From: Synergistales bacterium
GTDB lineage: Bacteria; Synergistota; Synergistia; Synergistales; JAFGMB01
DNA: 64,000 nt
Assembly: GCA_963666205.1 (NCBI GenBank)
Contig: OY762654.1
Location: forward strand, 2,496,001 to 2,560,000
Reading direction: 5' to 3'
This document shows, piece by piece, positions 1 to 10,214 of the stretch; position 1 is the stretch's first letter; every line of letters starts with the position of its first letter. Both the position numbers and the translations under genes were made by a program. The notes beneath the pieces were generated by a model. It saw nothing but the letters and a program-made list of their open reading frames with translations, made no database searches and was not told the DNA's origin.

Positions 1-658
1 TGATAAGGCCCGGGATCTCAAGCTTTTTCTCCAGCATTCCCAGGAGTTTTGATGCTATGGTGACCAGCATCAGGTAGATAAACCCTATCACCAGAAAGAC
101 GAAGGTGAATCTGAAGTATCTGGAAGCAACTATCTTGCCTGCTCCCGTCAGTTCTATGCAGGTAAGCATATAGGCGAGGGAAGAGTACTTGATCAGGTAG
201 ATGATCTCGTTTGAAATACCTGGAACAGCCCTTCTCATGGCCTGGGGCAGTATTATGTTAATTATCGCCTGACGCCTTGTCATGCCCAGGGCAAGAGCTG
301 CTCTCATCTGACCGTATTTTACAGATTGGATAGCTCCTCTGATATATTCAGAATTGTAGGCACCATTACAGATCACAAACCCGATAACAGCTGCGCAGAA
401 AGGGCTGAAGGATATGCCTATGGAAGGCAGTCCGAAATAGATTATGAACAGTAACATAAGGAGAGGACAGCCCTTAAAGATGATCACGTACACTCTGCAG
501 AGAAAAGAGATATACCTGTTTCCGTATACTCTTCCTGTGGCAATAAGTATCCCTGTAACGAACCCGAAGGGAATGGAGCATATTATCAGCTTCAGCGTAA
601 CTACAAGGCCTTCCAGCAGAGGGGGGAGGAGAACATCCTTAAGAAAAGGCATATCCAT
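1..658 (-). CDS. Polar amino-acid ABC transporter permease (3' end runs off the window)
   Basis: Not in the ORF track. ATG at 658 overlaps the ATPase stop codon. Reads [26 protein letters not shown]...FKGCPLLMLLFIIYFGLP, is paralogous to the 1433 permease, and stays open to the window edge. Confidence 0.9.
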   Translation of the reverse strand, partial: MDMPFLKDVLLPPLLEGLVVTLKLIICSIPFGFVTGILIATGRVYGNRYISFLCRVYVIIFKGCPLLMLLFIIYFGLPSIGISFSPFCAAVIGFVICNGAYNSEYIRGAIQSVKYGQMRAALALGMTRRQAIINIILPQAMRRAVPGISNEIIYLIKYSSLAYMLTCIELTGAGKIVASRYFRFTFVFLVIGFIYLMLVTIASKLLGMLEKKLEIPGLI

Positions 659-1446
659 CATTCTTCATCACCCAGTTTATACAGCTCACTCAGCCTGGAG
701 AGGAATTGTTTCGTCCGCTCAAATCTGGGGTTGTTAACGAGCTTTTGGGGAGGGCCGCTCTCGAGGATCCTTCCCTTTTCCATGAATATGATCTCATTAG
801 CCACGGAATATGCGAATCCTATCTCATGGGTAACCACAAGCATGGTCATTCCCCTGAGTGCCAGTTTTTTCATTACTTCAAGCACTTCACCTGTCAGTTC
901 CGGATCCAGAGCTGAAGTAGGTTCGTCAAAGAGCATTACATCCGGATCCATAGCTAGTGCTCTGGCTATGGATACCCTCTGTGCCTGCCCTCCCGATAGT
1001 TCTGCAGGGTAAAGCCCTGCTTGAGCTTCCATACCGACCTGCCTGAGCTCCTCCATTGCTTTTTCAGTGGCCTCTTTCTTCTTCATTCCCCTGACTTTGA
1101 TCAGAGAGATTTCCACGTTCTTTATCGCGGTCAGATGATCGAAGAGATTGAAGTTCTGGAAAACCATGCCCATCTTCTGGCGGTAAATGTTGATGTTCTT
1201 CCCTGAATGGGTCACTTCCTCTCCATGCAGCCACACCCGTCCCCTGTCGGGAAGGGTAAGCTGATTGATACAGCGTAGGAGAGTGCTTTTGCCGGTTCCG
1301 CTTGGGCCTATAAAAACCTTTGTCTGCCCCTTCTGGACTTCGAAGGTAACGCCTTTAAGAACTTCTGTATCTCCATAGGATTTATGTATATCTTCAACTT
1401 TCAGGATCAAATTGTCTTCTGTTTTCATGGGGTCATCTTTCTCCAT
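658..1446 (-). CDS. Polar amino-acid ABC transporter ATP-binding protein (GlnQ-like)
   Basis: Walker A GPSGTGKS, signature LSGGQAQRV, Walker [13 protein letters not shown]. True start may be the ATG at 1428. Confidence 0.95.
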   Translation of the reverse strand: MEKDDPMKTEDNLILKVEDIHKSYGDTEVLKGVTFEVQKGQTKVFIGPSGTGKSTLLRCINQLTLPDRGRVWLHGEEVTHSGKNINIYRQKMGMVFQNFNLFDHLTAIKNVEISLIKVRGMKKKEATEKAMEELRQVGMEAQAGLYPAELSGGQAQRVSIARALAMDPDVMLFDEPTSALDPELTGEVLEVMKKLALRGMTMLVVTHEIGFAYSVANEIIFMEKGRILESGPPQKLVNNPRFERTKQFLSRLSELYKLGDEE

Positions 1447-2110
1447 TTCCGAATCCTGGTATACGTACTTTCTGCTCCAGGAGGTGAATTATTTTCATTC
1501 CTCCATAATTCAGAAGTATAAATATCACTGCACAGGTCAGGTATAGAGGCATGGGTTTATAGGTTCTTGAAACCACAAGGTTGCCCCTGGTAAGTATTTC
1601 CATAACACCTATGGCATAGGTTACGGCAGAATCTGTAAGAAGAATGGGATATTCGTTAGACCAGCCTGGGAGGGCTATCCTCAACGCCTGGGGGAGGATT
1701 ATGTTCATGATGGCTTTGGCTTTACTCATTCCCAGGGACCGGGCAGCAAGCATCTGTCCTTCACCCAGGGATTGTATGGCTCCCCTGAAAACCTGGGACT
1801 GGTAGGCCGAACTGCGAAGTCCAAGGGCGAGCACCGCGATCATAAAGGCTGAAACATTCAACCCCAGAAGGGGAAAGAGGCCAAAATAAAAAAGGAACAG
1901 AAGGACCAGGTTAGGCAGTCCCCTGAAGAACCAGACATAAAGTGATATAGACCCAGATATCCACCTGTTTCCGTATACTTGTCCCACCGCAAGAGAGAGA
2001 CCTATCACCAGACCCAGGAATAGAGCCTCAAGTACCAGACCCATGGTTACTGCCAATCCCTGAAGAATAAAAGGGAGAGCCTTTATCACCACTGTAATGT
2101 TTTCAGACAT
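1433..2110 (-). CDS. Polar amino-acid ABC transporter permease
   Basis: HisM/GlnP-type FRGLP motif and EAA-like loop [12 protein letters not shown]. Start placed at ATG 2110 (the track ORF starts at 2128). Confidence 0.92.
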   Translation of the reverse strand: MSENITVVIKALPFILQGLAVTMGLVLEALFLGLVIGLSLAVGQVYGNRWISGSISLYVWFFRGLPNLVLLFLFYFGLFPLLGLNVSAFMIAVLALGLRSSAYQSQVFRGAIQSLGEGQMLAARSLGMSKAKAIMNIILPQALRIALPGWSNEYPILLTDSAVTYAIGVMEILTRGNLVVSRTYKPMPLYLTCAVIFILLNYGGMKIIHLLEQKVRIPGFGNGER

Positions 2111-2130
2111 GAAATTCCACCTTGTCAAAC

Positions 2131-2166
2131 AAAAGCAGGGGATAGGTTGAAACTTCCTTCCCCTGC
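2131..2166 (-). terminator. Hairpin plus U-run between the binding-protein and permease genes
   Basis: GCAGGGGA...TCCCCTGC stem, followed by TTTTG on the minus strand. Confidence 0.6.
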
Positions 2167-2209
2167 CAGGATTCTAATAGTAGGTTATTGTTTAGAATTG
2201 TTCAAGTTG

Positions 2210-2968
2210 TTACATGTCGTATTTTTCTTTAAGTTCCAGCCATTTCGGAGATTTCATGAGCATTGAAAGCCCATCGTTGACCATCTTCTGAAGTTCCGTA
2301 TCTTCTTTTCTCATTGCAACGGCATAGTCCTCTCCGGTGCTTATGGTGCCTATGATCTTCATGTCCTTTCCTTCTATGGCCTTTTCGATCATGATATCAT
2401 CGAACATAACCGATTCCACCCGCCCATTTTCAAGATCCTTGATGGAAAGAGGGAAATTGTCGTAAAGTTTCAGATCATCTTTTGAGAGAAATCCTCCCTT
2501 TACAAGATTATCTTCAAGCCACATAGCTGCTGTAGTTCCCCTCTGGGTACCTACCTTGTTTTTTCCGGCAAGGGCCGTGATCATATTAAGATCCGAATCT
2601 CTTCTTACACATATAGCCTGATTTACTACCCAGTAAATATCAGAGAAAGCTACTACCTTTCTTCTTTCTTCGGAGGCTGTCATTCCTGAATAGATAAGGT
2701 CTATCTTTTTAGCCAGAAGAGCTGGTATGATCCCATCCCATGCTACAGGCTTAACTTCAACTTCAAAACCCATTTTTTCAGCTATCCATTGAACAGATTC
2801 CACGTCAAAGCCAGTGGGTTTCCCGTCTTCACCGATGAATGAGTATGGGGGATAGTCACCATCAATACCGACGACATACTTTTCCGCTGCAATAGCTGAA
2901 CCCGCAAAGACCATACCTGCCATAACCAAAGAACAGAGCGCTAGAAACAATACCTTTTTCCCTTTCAT
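2210..2968 (-). CDS. Amino-acid ABC transporter substrate-binding protein (family 3)
   Basis: Signal peptide, YPPYSF, GFDVE, WDGIIPAL, SGMTASEERRK. GGAGG RBS. Confidence 0.95.
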   Translation of the reverse strand: MKGKKVLFLALCSLVMAGMVFAGSAIAAEKYVVGIDGDYPPYSFIGEDGKPTGFDVESVQWIAEKMGFEVEVKPVAWDGIIPALLAKKIDLIYSGMTASEERRKVVAFSDIYWVVNQAICVRRDSDLNMITALAGKNKVGTQRGTTAAMWLEDNLVKGGFLSKDDLKLYDNFPLSIKDLENGRVESVMFDDIMIEKAIEGKDMKIIGTISTGEDYAVAMRKEDTELQKMVNDGLSMLMKSPKWLELKEKYDM

Positions 2969-3111
2969 GATAACCTCCTGTTATTGTATTGGTATTTCTA
3001 CTGGAAAAGTAAGGAGCCCGGAGAGACTCCTTTTAACATCAGGGTAATGATATAACCAGGAAAATTGAGTCTATTCATCATGCTAAACTGATAGAATAGA
3101 ACCGAGGCAAG

Positions 3112-3140
3112 ATTATATCGAGAAAACAGGACGGTGTCAA
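3112..3140 (-). promoter_or_regulatory. Consensus sigma70 promoter of the ABC operon
   Basis: Minus strand TTGACA (3140-3135), N17, TATAAT (3117-3112); a perfect consensus. Confidence 0.85.
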
Positions 3141-3279
3141 CAGCAGAACATAATAGTCAGATTTCTTTTTTTGGAACCAGTTCTTTCTGCCCAGGATATA
3201 GGAATTCTGCTAAAATCTGATCTGGCCATAAGCATATTCTGTCTTGATTCTCTAGTCGCATTAAAGGAAAATAATTCTT

Positions 3280-4152
3280 ATGATGAAAAAATGCTTTATC
3301 CTGATAATGTTGATATCAAGCATTAATCTTATATGCTCAGCGAGTACTCTTGATGCTTATCCACCAGTGAATATGGAAAGGATCAATACCATCCCGGATC
3401 TTTTACAGACCCATTGGAAGGGACACTTTGACCTTGGAGGTTTTTTTCATTGCGGACCGGTTGCTGCTTCCAATTCTTTTGCCTGGTTCTATCTGATCGG
3501 ATACAGGAATATTTTGCCCGGAGTTTCTGATGTTAATAGCGAACAGATAGCACTGGCTAAAAAACTCGGATCCTACCTGTATATGAACACAGAGTTCAGT
3601 AAAGGCGGGACGACTGCTGAAGGTCTAGTAATGGGGATTGAAAAATATATTTCAGAATGCGGTTACAGGAATTCGACTGTAACTTATGCAGGATGGGATA
3701 CTTTTCACACGAAATATTCAGATCCAGTCCGGATTCCTGATATGACTTTTATCAAGAATGGTTTTGAAAATGCCGGTTCTGTTCTTCTGAATATAGGCTG
3801 GTATGTTTATGATCCAAAGGCAGAAACTTATAACCGGAAAAGTGGCCATTGGGTTACTCTTGCTGGATATGGCATGGATATTTCCGGTCATGTCTGTCCG
3901 GACATCCTGGTAATTCATGATCCTGCGCCATGGGCTGGAAAAGATTTCCAGAATCATTATGTCAGATTTGAAACTATTGATAAAGGAGTACTTGAAGGGC
4001 CTTTTAAGGGACTTCCTGTCGATGGAGGAGGGTTTCTCATTGCCCGTCAGGGTCTTCCAAAGCCAACAGAAAGAGTTATTGGTATTATAGAGGGAGCAGT
4101 TGTCATAAAGATGGAAATACAGTTCCCTTTTTTGAAAAACAGGATAAATTAG
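3280..4152 (+). CDS. Secreted papain-like cysteine peptidase (C39-like)
   Basis: Signal peptide. HCGPVAASN, GHWVTLAGY and VIHDP give a Cys-His-Asp arrangement. Confidence 0.7.
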   Translation: MMKKCFILIMLISSINLICSASTLDAYPPVNMERINTIPDLLQTHWKGHFDLGGFFHCGPVAASNSFAWFYLIGYRNILPGVSDVNSEQIALAKKLGSYLYMNTEFSKGGTTAEGLVMGIEKYISECGYRNSTVTYAGWDTFHTKYSDPVRIPDMTFIKNGFENAGSVLLNIGWYVYDPKAETYNRKSGHWVTLAGYGMDISGHVCPDILVIHDPAPWAGKDFQNHYVRFETIDKGVLEGPFKGLPVDGGGFLIARQGLPKPTERVIGIIEGAVVIKMEIQFPFLKNRIN

Positions 4153-4204
4153 TTGACCAAGGATATATAATAGTCGAGCTTATAGAAGTTTTTCGAGGTG
4201 TCTG

Positions 4205-5245
4205 ATGGATAGATTTCGTGTTCTTGTTTTTCTTATTGCCATAATAGCCCTTGTTGCTGCAGGAGTTGTCCTTAAGGCTGCCAAGGGGGTAATTCTCCCC
4301 CTGATATTTGCCTGGCTTCTTTCCTACCTTTTTACCCCTATTGTACGTTTCATGGAGAAAAAGAAGGTTCCCACCTTTCTCACTATCATCGTTATACTGG
4401 CCCTTTTTCTTGGATTCTGTACTTTAGGTGTTTTCTTTATGAACACAAGGATCCTTGCTTTTGCTTCTGCCTATCCCCGTTATTACGACAGCCTCATATC
4501 TCTGGCCCAGTCCCTGACAGCCAATCTTGATATACCGGCAGAATTCTGGAGCGGTATAAACTGGGGACAGAGAATAGGAGCGTATCTTCTGAGCCTTTCC
4601 GGTTCACTGGTTTCCCTGCTTTCCAACCTTGTTCTGGTGATCATATTCATGGTGTTTATTCTTTCCGGTGCTCCCTATTACAAATATAAGGTTAGAAAGG
4701 CTTTTTCAGAAACCAATACCAATATGGTCATTAACATAATCGAAACCATATCAACTGATATAAGCCGCTATCTGACACTTCAGTTCTTCATAAGTGCCGT
4801 TACCGGTTTTCTTTTCTGGGTTGTTCTTGAGATCGCTGGAGTGGACTTCGCCATAACCTGGGGAGTATTTACATTTGTTCTGAACTTTATTCCTACCATT
4901 GGCTCGATCATAGCAACCATTCCCCCCATACTTCTGGCAGTTGTACAGTTTTATCCCAGCCCCGTTCCCGCTGTTGTCATAACTGTCCTGCTTGTTGCTA
5001 TTCAGCAGGTCATGGGAAACGTATTATCTCCAAAGATCATGGGAGATGAACTGAATCTCAGCCCGGTAGTGATTCTTGTTTCTCTCCTTTTCTGGGGATG
5101 GCTGTGGGGAATAGTAGGAGCGCTTCTTTCCGTTCCAATGCTTTCTGTAATAAAGATAGTCTGTGAAAATATACCTCCTCTTCACCCCATAAGTGTGATG
5201 ATGGGTTCAGGGAAGGCCTATCGCAGAGAATTTAAGAACAAGTAG
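4205..5245 (+). CDS. AI-2E (PerM/TqsA) family transporter
   Basis: Multi-TM protein with LNFIPTIG, PKIMG...LSP and WGWLWGIVGALLSVP. Confidence 0.9.
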   Translation: MDRFRVLVFLIAIIALVAAGVVLKAAKGVILPLIFAWLLSYLFTPIVRFMEKKKVPTFLTIIVILALFLGFCTLGVFFMNTRILAFASAYPRYYDSLISLAQSLTANLDIPAEFWSGINWGQRIGAYLLSLSGSLVSLLSNLVLVIIFMVFILSGAPYYKYKVRKAFSETNTNMVINIIETISTDISRYLTLQFFISAVTGFLFWVVLEIAGVDFAITWGVFTFVLNFIPTIGSIIATIPPILLAVVQFYPSPVPAVVITVLLVAIQQVMGNVLSPKIMGDELNLSPVVILVSLLFWGWLWGIVGALLSVPMLSVIKIVCENIPPLHPISVMMGSGKAYRREFKNK

Positions 5246-5251
5246 ATCCTT

Positions 5252-5785
5252 TCAGTCAAGAAGCCCGAGATATCGGGCTTCTTCTTTTTCTAGAAAAATT
5301 TCAAGGTCATCATCCAGAAAATGAACTACAAGAGCTGTATTCCCCGCCCAATCATTTATTTCTCTTTCCATATAACGTTTGCCGGAGGGGGATTCTCTTA
5401 TCAACCATCCTGCCTGCCTTGCATAACTTTCACTTACCCTGTTTCCCAGTACAGGAGAAAATCTTCTGAAGGAGAATCCTGTAAGTTTAAGCATTGAGTA
5501 GGAAACTCTGCTGTAAAGCAAGCCTGCTTTCCCATATTCATTGACTGAAAAAGCGTTATAGCTCCCTTCGTCAGAAGGTTCCTTTATCTCGTTGATGACC
5601 TCGTTCCTTGTCATTCCGAAAAAAACCCGTGGAAGGTCTTCCCATTTATTCTGGAACAGAAGATAGGATCGGAATTCTTTTACAGGAAAATCTGTTTTTT
5701 TCTTAAAAAAGGCAAAAGCATATACAGTCTGAGCCGAAATTGTGATCAGAGTAGTTATCAGCAACCATGAAAGGATCTTCTTCAT
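5252..5785 (-). CDS. Exported hypothetical protein
   Basis: GGGAGG RBS before ATG 5785 (MKKILSWLLITT..VYA signal peptide). The track ORF extension to 5992 is probably not translated. Confidence 0.7.
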   Translation of the reverse strand: MKKILSWLLITTLITISAQTVYAFAFFKKKTDFPVKEFRSYLLFQNKWEDLPRVFFGMTRNEVINEIKEPSDEGSYNAFSVNEYGKAGLLYSRVSYSMLKLTGFSFRRFSPVLGNRVSESYARQAGWLIRESPSGKRYMEREINDWAGNTALVVHFLDDDLEIFLEKEEARYLGLLD

Positions 5786-6290
5786 CTTGAATTCCTCCCA
5801 AATTAGTTGTGCTGTTTTGCGTACCGGTTTTATATTAAAGCAGGTCAAGGGCAGATTTCTGTGAATAAAGTTATTATACTCCGGATCTGCAGGTAAACTC
5901 CAGAATGTACCTTTTACCCCGGATCGGAACGCCAGAGCAATGTCCTTCACATCTTCATTTGGCATCATGTGATTGTATAATACATAGAACACTTCCTGGG
6001 AATTACATTGTTGTCTTAAGCAATATTTACAGTTTCCTCGGCCTCCACATGTATGTTTCGGTGGACTTTGTAGAATCGATAATATTCAAGGGCGGATGTT
6101 ATGATTAGCAGGATTAAATAGAATCAGCCAGGTTAATTTCGTTTTTTCCCTGTTAAAGCCAGGTATCGGAAAGCAGTTCTTATCCAGATATTCTTTAGGT
6201 TTAAGTGTTTCTTTCGCTGGAGAATAGAATAATGTGTCTGGGTACAATTTATTTTAAAACGGATCTGAATATCCGAAGGGAGGAATTTGA

Positions 6291-7475
6291 GTGATCGATG
6301 TGAGAGAAAGAGCGAAAGCCCTTAACTCCGAACTTGTCAGTTGGAGACGGTATATCCACAAAAACCCCGAAATCCAGTTTGATACTCCTCAAACGGAGGC
6401 TTTCATTACAGAACGTCTTCTTGAAATGGGGATCGACGAGATCTGTAACGGGGTGGCGGGTCATGGCCTGACAGCAATTATCAGAGGTGGACAACCAGGA
6501 AAAGTCCTGGGAATAAGAGCTGATATAGACGCTCTAGACATGAAGGAAGACACCGGTCTTCCCTTTGCCTCCACAAATGGTTACATGCATGCATGCGGTC
6601 ATGATGCACATGCTGCCATGCTTTTAGGTGCAGCCAGGATCCTTTCAGAGTCCAAAAAAGATCTTCGGGGAACTGTCAAACTTATTTTCCAGCCCTTCGA
6701 AGAAGGCGGTAAAGGCGCTCTTGCAATGATCGATGAAGGAGTTCTTGAAAATCCTTCTGTCGATGCTATCATAGGGCTTCACACGGGAACTCTCTGGAAG
6801 GGCCTGGAATCCGGTCAGATCGGTTACCGTTTTGGAAGCTTAATGGCTGGTGCCGACTGGTTCGAGGTCACATTCAAGGGTAAGGGTGCTCATGGGGCAA
6901 CTCCTCATCTCTCAGTGGATCCCATCGCCATGGCCTGTCAGGCAGTTTCGGCCATTCAGATGATCGTCAGCCGCGAAATAAATCCACTTGATTCCGCCGT
7001 TGTGACAGTGGCCCAGATTTCAGGAGGAACAGCCCGGAATATTATATCTCCAACGTGTACTATAGGCGGTACACTGCGTTTTATGGATTTTGAGACACGT
7101 ACAATGTTACAAGAGCGGATAAAGACGATTTGTGAGGACGTGGCTCACTCTATGAGAGGTCATGCTGACGTAGAATTTTCTTATGGCCCGCCTCCTGTGA
7201 TCAATGATCGGGAGATGACCGAAAAGTTAAGACATGTTGCAGTCCATCTTCTGGGCGACGATGCGGTCAGAGAGATCTCCGAGCCTACAATGGGTGGAGA
7301 GGACATGGCCTTTTTCATGGAAAAGGTACCCGGTACTTTCTTCTTTCATCCATCCGGTTTTGGAGAGGGTAAAGATTTTCCCCATCACCACCCCAAGTTC
7401 GATATAAATGAAGAAGTTCTATGGATCGGGTCTGCAGTAATGGCGGATTTTGCCCTTACCTGGCAGGATAAATGA
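6291..7475 (+). CDS. M20D amidohydrolase (N-acyl amino acid hydrolase family)
   Basis: IHKNPE, RADIDAL, MHACGHDAH, FQPFEEG, GGEDMA, HHHPKFD. Confidence 0.93.
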   Translation: MIDVRERAKALNSELVSWRRYIHKNPEIQFDTPQTEAFITERLLEMGIDEICNGVAGHGLTAIIRGGQPGKVLGIRADIDALDMKEDTGLPFASTNGYMHACGHDAHAAMLLGAARILSESKKDLRGTVKLIFQPFEEGGKGALAMIDEGVLENPSVDAIIGLHTGTLWKGLESGQIGYRFGSLMAGADWFEVTFKGKGAHGATPHLSVDPIAMACQAVSAIQMIVSREINPLDSAVVTVAQISGGTARNIISPTCTIGGTLRFMDFETRTMLQERIKTICEDVAHSMRGHADVEFSYGPPPVINDREMTEKLRHVAVHLLGDDAVREISEPTMGGEDMAFFMEKVPGTFFFHPSGFGEGKDFPHHHPKFDINEEVLWIGSAVMADFALTWQDK

Positions 7476-7545
7476 TAAAGAGCCTCTATTATCCCTCAAG
7501 AAGAAAACAGCTGAACACCAACAATTTCCAGGAAGGAGTTTTGTT

Positions 7546-8472
7546 ATGGCGTTGCATATTGAAACACCCCTGATCCAATCCATACCTATAGGCAAGGTTT
7601 CTGGTAGAAAAGTATTTCTCAAGATGGATGCCCTGCAGCCGGCGGGATCATTCAAGCTCAGAGGGATCGGTCGACTCTGTGAGGAAAGGGCGCGGGAAGG
7701 GGCAAAACGCTTTATCGCTCCTTCTGGAGGAAATGCCGGTTACGCGGCCGCCTGGGCTGCCAGAGAACTTGGCCTTTCGGCACTTGTTGTTGTTCCTGAA
7801 ACAACCTCGGAAGAGGCAAAAAACGCCATCAGGGACCTGGGTGGGGAAGTTATGGTGCATGGTTCGAACTGGAATGATTCCAATGAACTGGCCCTCTCCA
7901 TGGTGGCGGAAGATGGACAATCCGCCTACATTCACCCTTATGAAGACCCAGTCATGTGGGACGGGCACGGGACTATCATCGACGAAGCCTTCCGTCAGGG
8001 GCCAAGGCCTGACGCCATTGTGCTTTCTGTAGGTGGAGGCGGCCTTCTTAGTGGAGTAGTTGCTGGAATGGACCGAAATGGATGGAAGGAAGTTCCGGTG
8101 ATAGCTTGTGAAACGGCTGGTGCCGACTGTTTTGCACAAGCTCTTGCAGCTGGTGATGTCGTTGAATTGAAAGGCATAACTTCAGTTGCAACTTCACTGG
8201 GAGCCAAGTCCGTTACGAAGCATGCCCTTGAATTGACTGAAAGCCATAACATACGTTCCTTTGTAGGTTCTGACCGGTCAGCGGTTTCAGCATGCCGTAA
8301 ATTTCTTGATGATCACCGAATACTTGTCGAACCAGCCTGCGGGGTTTCCCTTGCCGCAGTGTACGAAAACAGCCCTTTGCTGGGAGATGCTGAAAAGGTC
8401 CTGGTAATAGTATGTGGAGGTATCGGTATCAGCTCTGCAAAGCTTTCCAGCCTTGAGAAGGCCGTCGGTTAA
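7546..8472 (+). CDS. PLP-dependent L-serine/L-threonine dehydratase
   Basis: QPAGSFKLRG (PLP Lys), SGGNAG, SVGGGGL, VEPACG, IVCGG. GGAAGGAG RBS before ATG 7546. Confidence 0.88.
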   Translation: MALHIETPLIQSIPIGKVSGRKVFLKMDALQPAGSFKLRGIGRLCEERAREGAKRFIAPSGGNAGYAAAWAARELGLSALVVVPETTSEEAKNAIRDLGGEVMVHGSNWNDSNELALSMVAEDGQSAYIHPYEDPVMWDGHGTIIDEAFRQGPRPDAIVLSVGGGGLLSGVVAGMDRNGWKEVPVIACETAGADCFAQALAAGDVVELKGITSVATSLGAKSVTKHALELTESHNIRSFVGSDRSAVSACRKFLDDHRILVEPACGVSLAAVYENSPLLGDAEKVLVIVCGGIGISSAKLSSLEKAVG

Positions 8473-8553
8473 GAGGACTTCTCAAGACTTGTTCCTTGCG
8501 CATGATCCTTGGAAAAGGGTTGTTTTTGCGGACGCAGAACTTTTATATAGCTG

Positions 8554-8607
8554 AAACGATGGGCACCAATGTTTGAGAAAATTATCAAATGTGGTGTCCA
8601 TCGTTTT
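8554..8607. terminator. Long, probably bidirectional terminator hairpin
   Basis: AAACGATGGGCACCA...TGGTGTCCATCGTTT stem between convergent ORFs. Confidence 0.7.
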
Positions 8608-8613
8608 ATTAAA

Positions 8614-8709
8614 TCAACTGTATTTTTTCTCTAATTTCATCTGTATCAGACCATTAAGATCAACCTCCAGATAATTCCATTCAAAGTGATCCCTGTGATG
8701 ATCCAGCAT
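8614..8709 (-). CDS. Putative 31-aa small protein (MLDHHRDHFEWNYLEVDLNGLIQMKLEKKYS)
   Basis: Strong GGGAGGT RBS just upstream of ATG 8709. The stop lies immediately before the 8554-8607 hairpin. Below the track size cut-off. Confidence 0.45.
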   Translation of the reverse strand: MLDHHRDHFEWNYLEVDLNGLIQMKLEKKYS

Positions 8710-8830
8710 GGTTTACCTCCCTAGAGATAGTTTAAAGATTATTTAATTTAGTAGAAATATATTGGAATCGGGAGAATCTTGTATTTAAAGGGAGGGTCGT
8801 ATATGTATGCATAATACGCTTTTTATGTTC

Positions 8831-8858
8831 TTGACAAAGAGTGGGGGTTAAGTAGTAT
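8831..8858 (+). promoter_or_regulatory. sigma70 promoter of tetR
   Basis: TTGACA (8831), N16, TAGTAT (8853). Confidence 0.6.
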
Positions 8859-8875
8859 ATTATATTTAGACAATT

Positions 8876-8891
8876 AACCAATCGATTGATG
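8876..8891. promoter_or_regulatory. Putative TetR operator 1 (autoregulatory)
   Basis: AACCAATCGATTGATG is a 14/16 match to the palindrome AATCAATCGATTGATT and lies between the promoter and RBS. Confidence 0.65.
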
Positions 8892-8901
8892 AGGGATTTC
8901 A

Positions 8902-9516
8902 ATGAAGGAAGACTTAAGGCAAAATTTTATAGATGCAGCAGCCAGATTATTTGCTGAAGAAGGATTTGAAAAGGTGACCATAAGGAAAATCGCCTCTCTG
9001 GCTGGAGGCAATAGTGCCATGATATCCTACTATTTCGGAAATAAATCCGGTCTTTATCTCGAAGTCTTAAGATTTCTCTTTTCAGAATATGATAACAAAT
9101 TGAAAATCATTATTCAGGAAGATAAGGGATCTCTCGGTGAGTTAAAAAGTTTTCTTAAAGCTATTCATAGTCTTTACGAGGAATGCCCCTACTTTACTTC
9201 GATAATTTCTCATGAAAGCGGAAAACCGTCAGATGAATTTAAAAAAGCCCTTGTTGAACATGAAAACAGACATGGAGGAGATTACCTCTGCAATCTTTTA
9301 AGCTCAGGTATAGAATCGGGTGAAATCCGTTCAGATATTGATCCCAAATATATGGCTCGAATTGTAAGTCTTCTTGCAAACTACTTCAAAATAGCAATGG
9401 AACTCCTCGCTATAATGTGTCCACAATGTGATATCAGTACCGAAATTTATTTTGAGCATGTATCAAAAATAATATTTACTGGTCTTGCCAAAGAAAAAAT
9501 AGATAAAACCTCTTGA
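8902..9516 (+). CDS. TetR/AcrR family transcriptional regulator
   Basis: N-terminal HTH AAARLFAEEGFEKVTIRKIA...ISYYFGNKSGLY. Confidence 0.95.
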   Translation: MKEDLRQNFIDAAARLFAEEGFEKVTIRKIASLAGGNSAMISYYFGNKSGLYLEVLRFLFSEYDNKLKIIIQEDKGSLGELKSFLKAIHSLYEECPYFTSIISHESGKPSDEFKKALVEHENRHGGDYLCNLLSSGIESGEIRSDIDPKYMARIVSLLANYFKIAMELLAIMCPQCDISTEIYFEHVSKIIFTGLAKEKIDKTS

Positions 9517-9544
9517 AAAGGGTGTATATTTTTTTTCTTAATTC

Positions 9545-9560
9545 AATCAACCGATTGATT
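9545..9560. promoter_or_regulatory. Putative TetR operator 2, upstream of the dehydrogenase operon
   Basis: AATCAACCGATTGATT is a 15/16 match to the same palindrome. Confidence 0.7.
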
Positions 9561-9609
9561 AATTTTATATAAAATTCAGTCATATGCATTTCGGCATGAT
9601 CGCTTTGGA

Positions 9610-10214
9610 AGGGAGGAAAGAAGATGAAGGAAAGTTTATTTGAGGTTTTAAAAGCGGAGGGATTGACCCATCTGGAGATACATTATGACTGGAAGAATGA
9701 CAAGGTCCTTCTTTATTCAGCGAAGGAATGGGACAAGGATATCAGGTGGAGTGATTATAACAGGAAATTCACCCAATGGTCATTGCTTACAGAAAATGCC
9801 CTTTACTATAACGATAAACAGACTCGGGAACTATTTGATAAAAATGGTCTTACGGGACATCTCGACAAAGTCATAGAGCTTATGAGAAAGGGCAGGCATA
9901 TCCTTCTCGATTGTTATTACTGGGAAAAGGAGGATGTGCGTTTTATCAACAATATCCATAGCGACAGAAAAGGTCTTAACAACCGCAGGTCTTCCCTGGT
10001 AATGGGAGGAATAAGGCGTCACGAACCGGATGAGGATGAGATGGATGTTCTTGTAGATGGAATGAACCTTGGAAGAGGAATGACCTTCAAGAACGTGGCA
10101 GCCCAGCTTCCCATGGGAGGGTGCAAGATAACGGTGCAGATGAAACCTATTGATCTTGAGGATCTTGACCAGGTTGGATTCCTTGCCTATGCCAATGACA
10201 GGACAAGGAACACT
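9610..10214 (+). repeat. Direct repeat block 1 (605 bp), matching 11006-11610
   Basis: Offset 1396 bp. Includes the RBS. Translations of both copies are identical. Confidence 0.9.
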
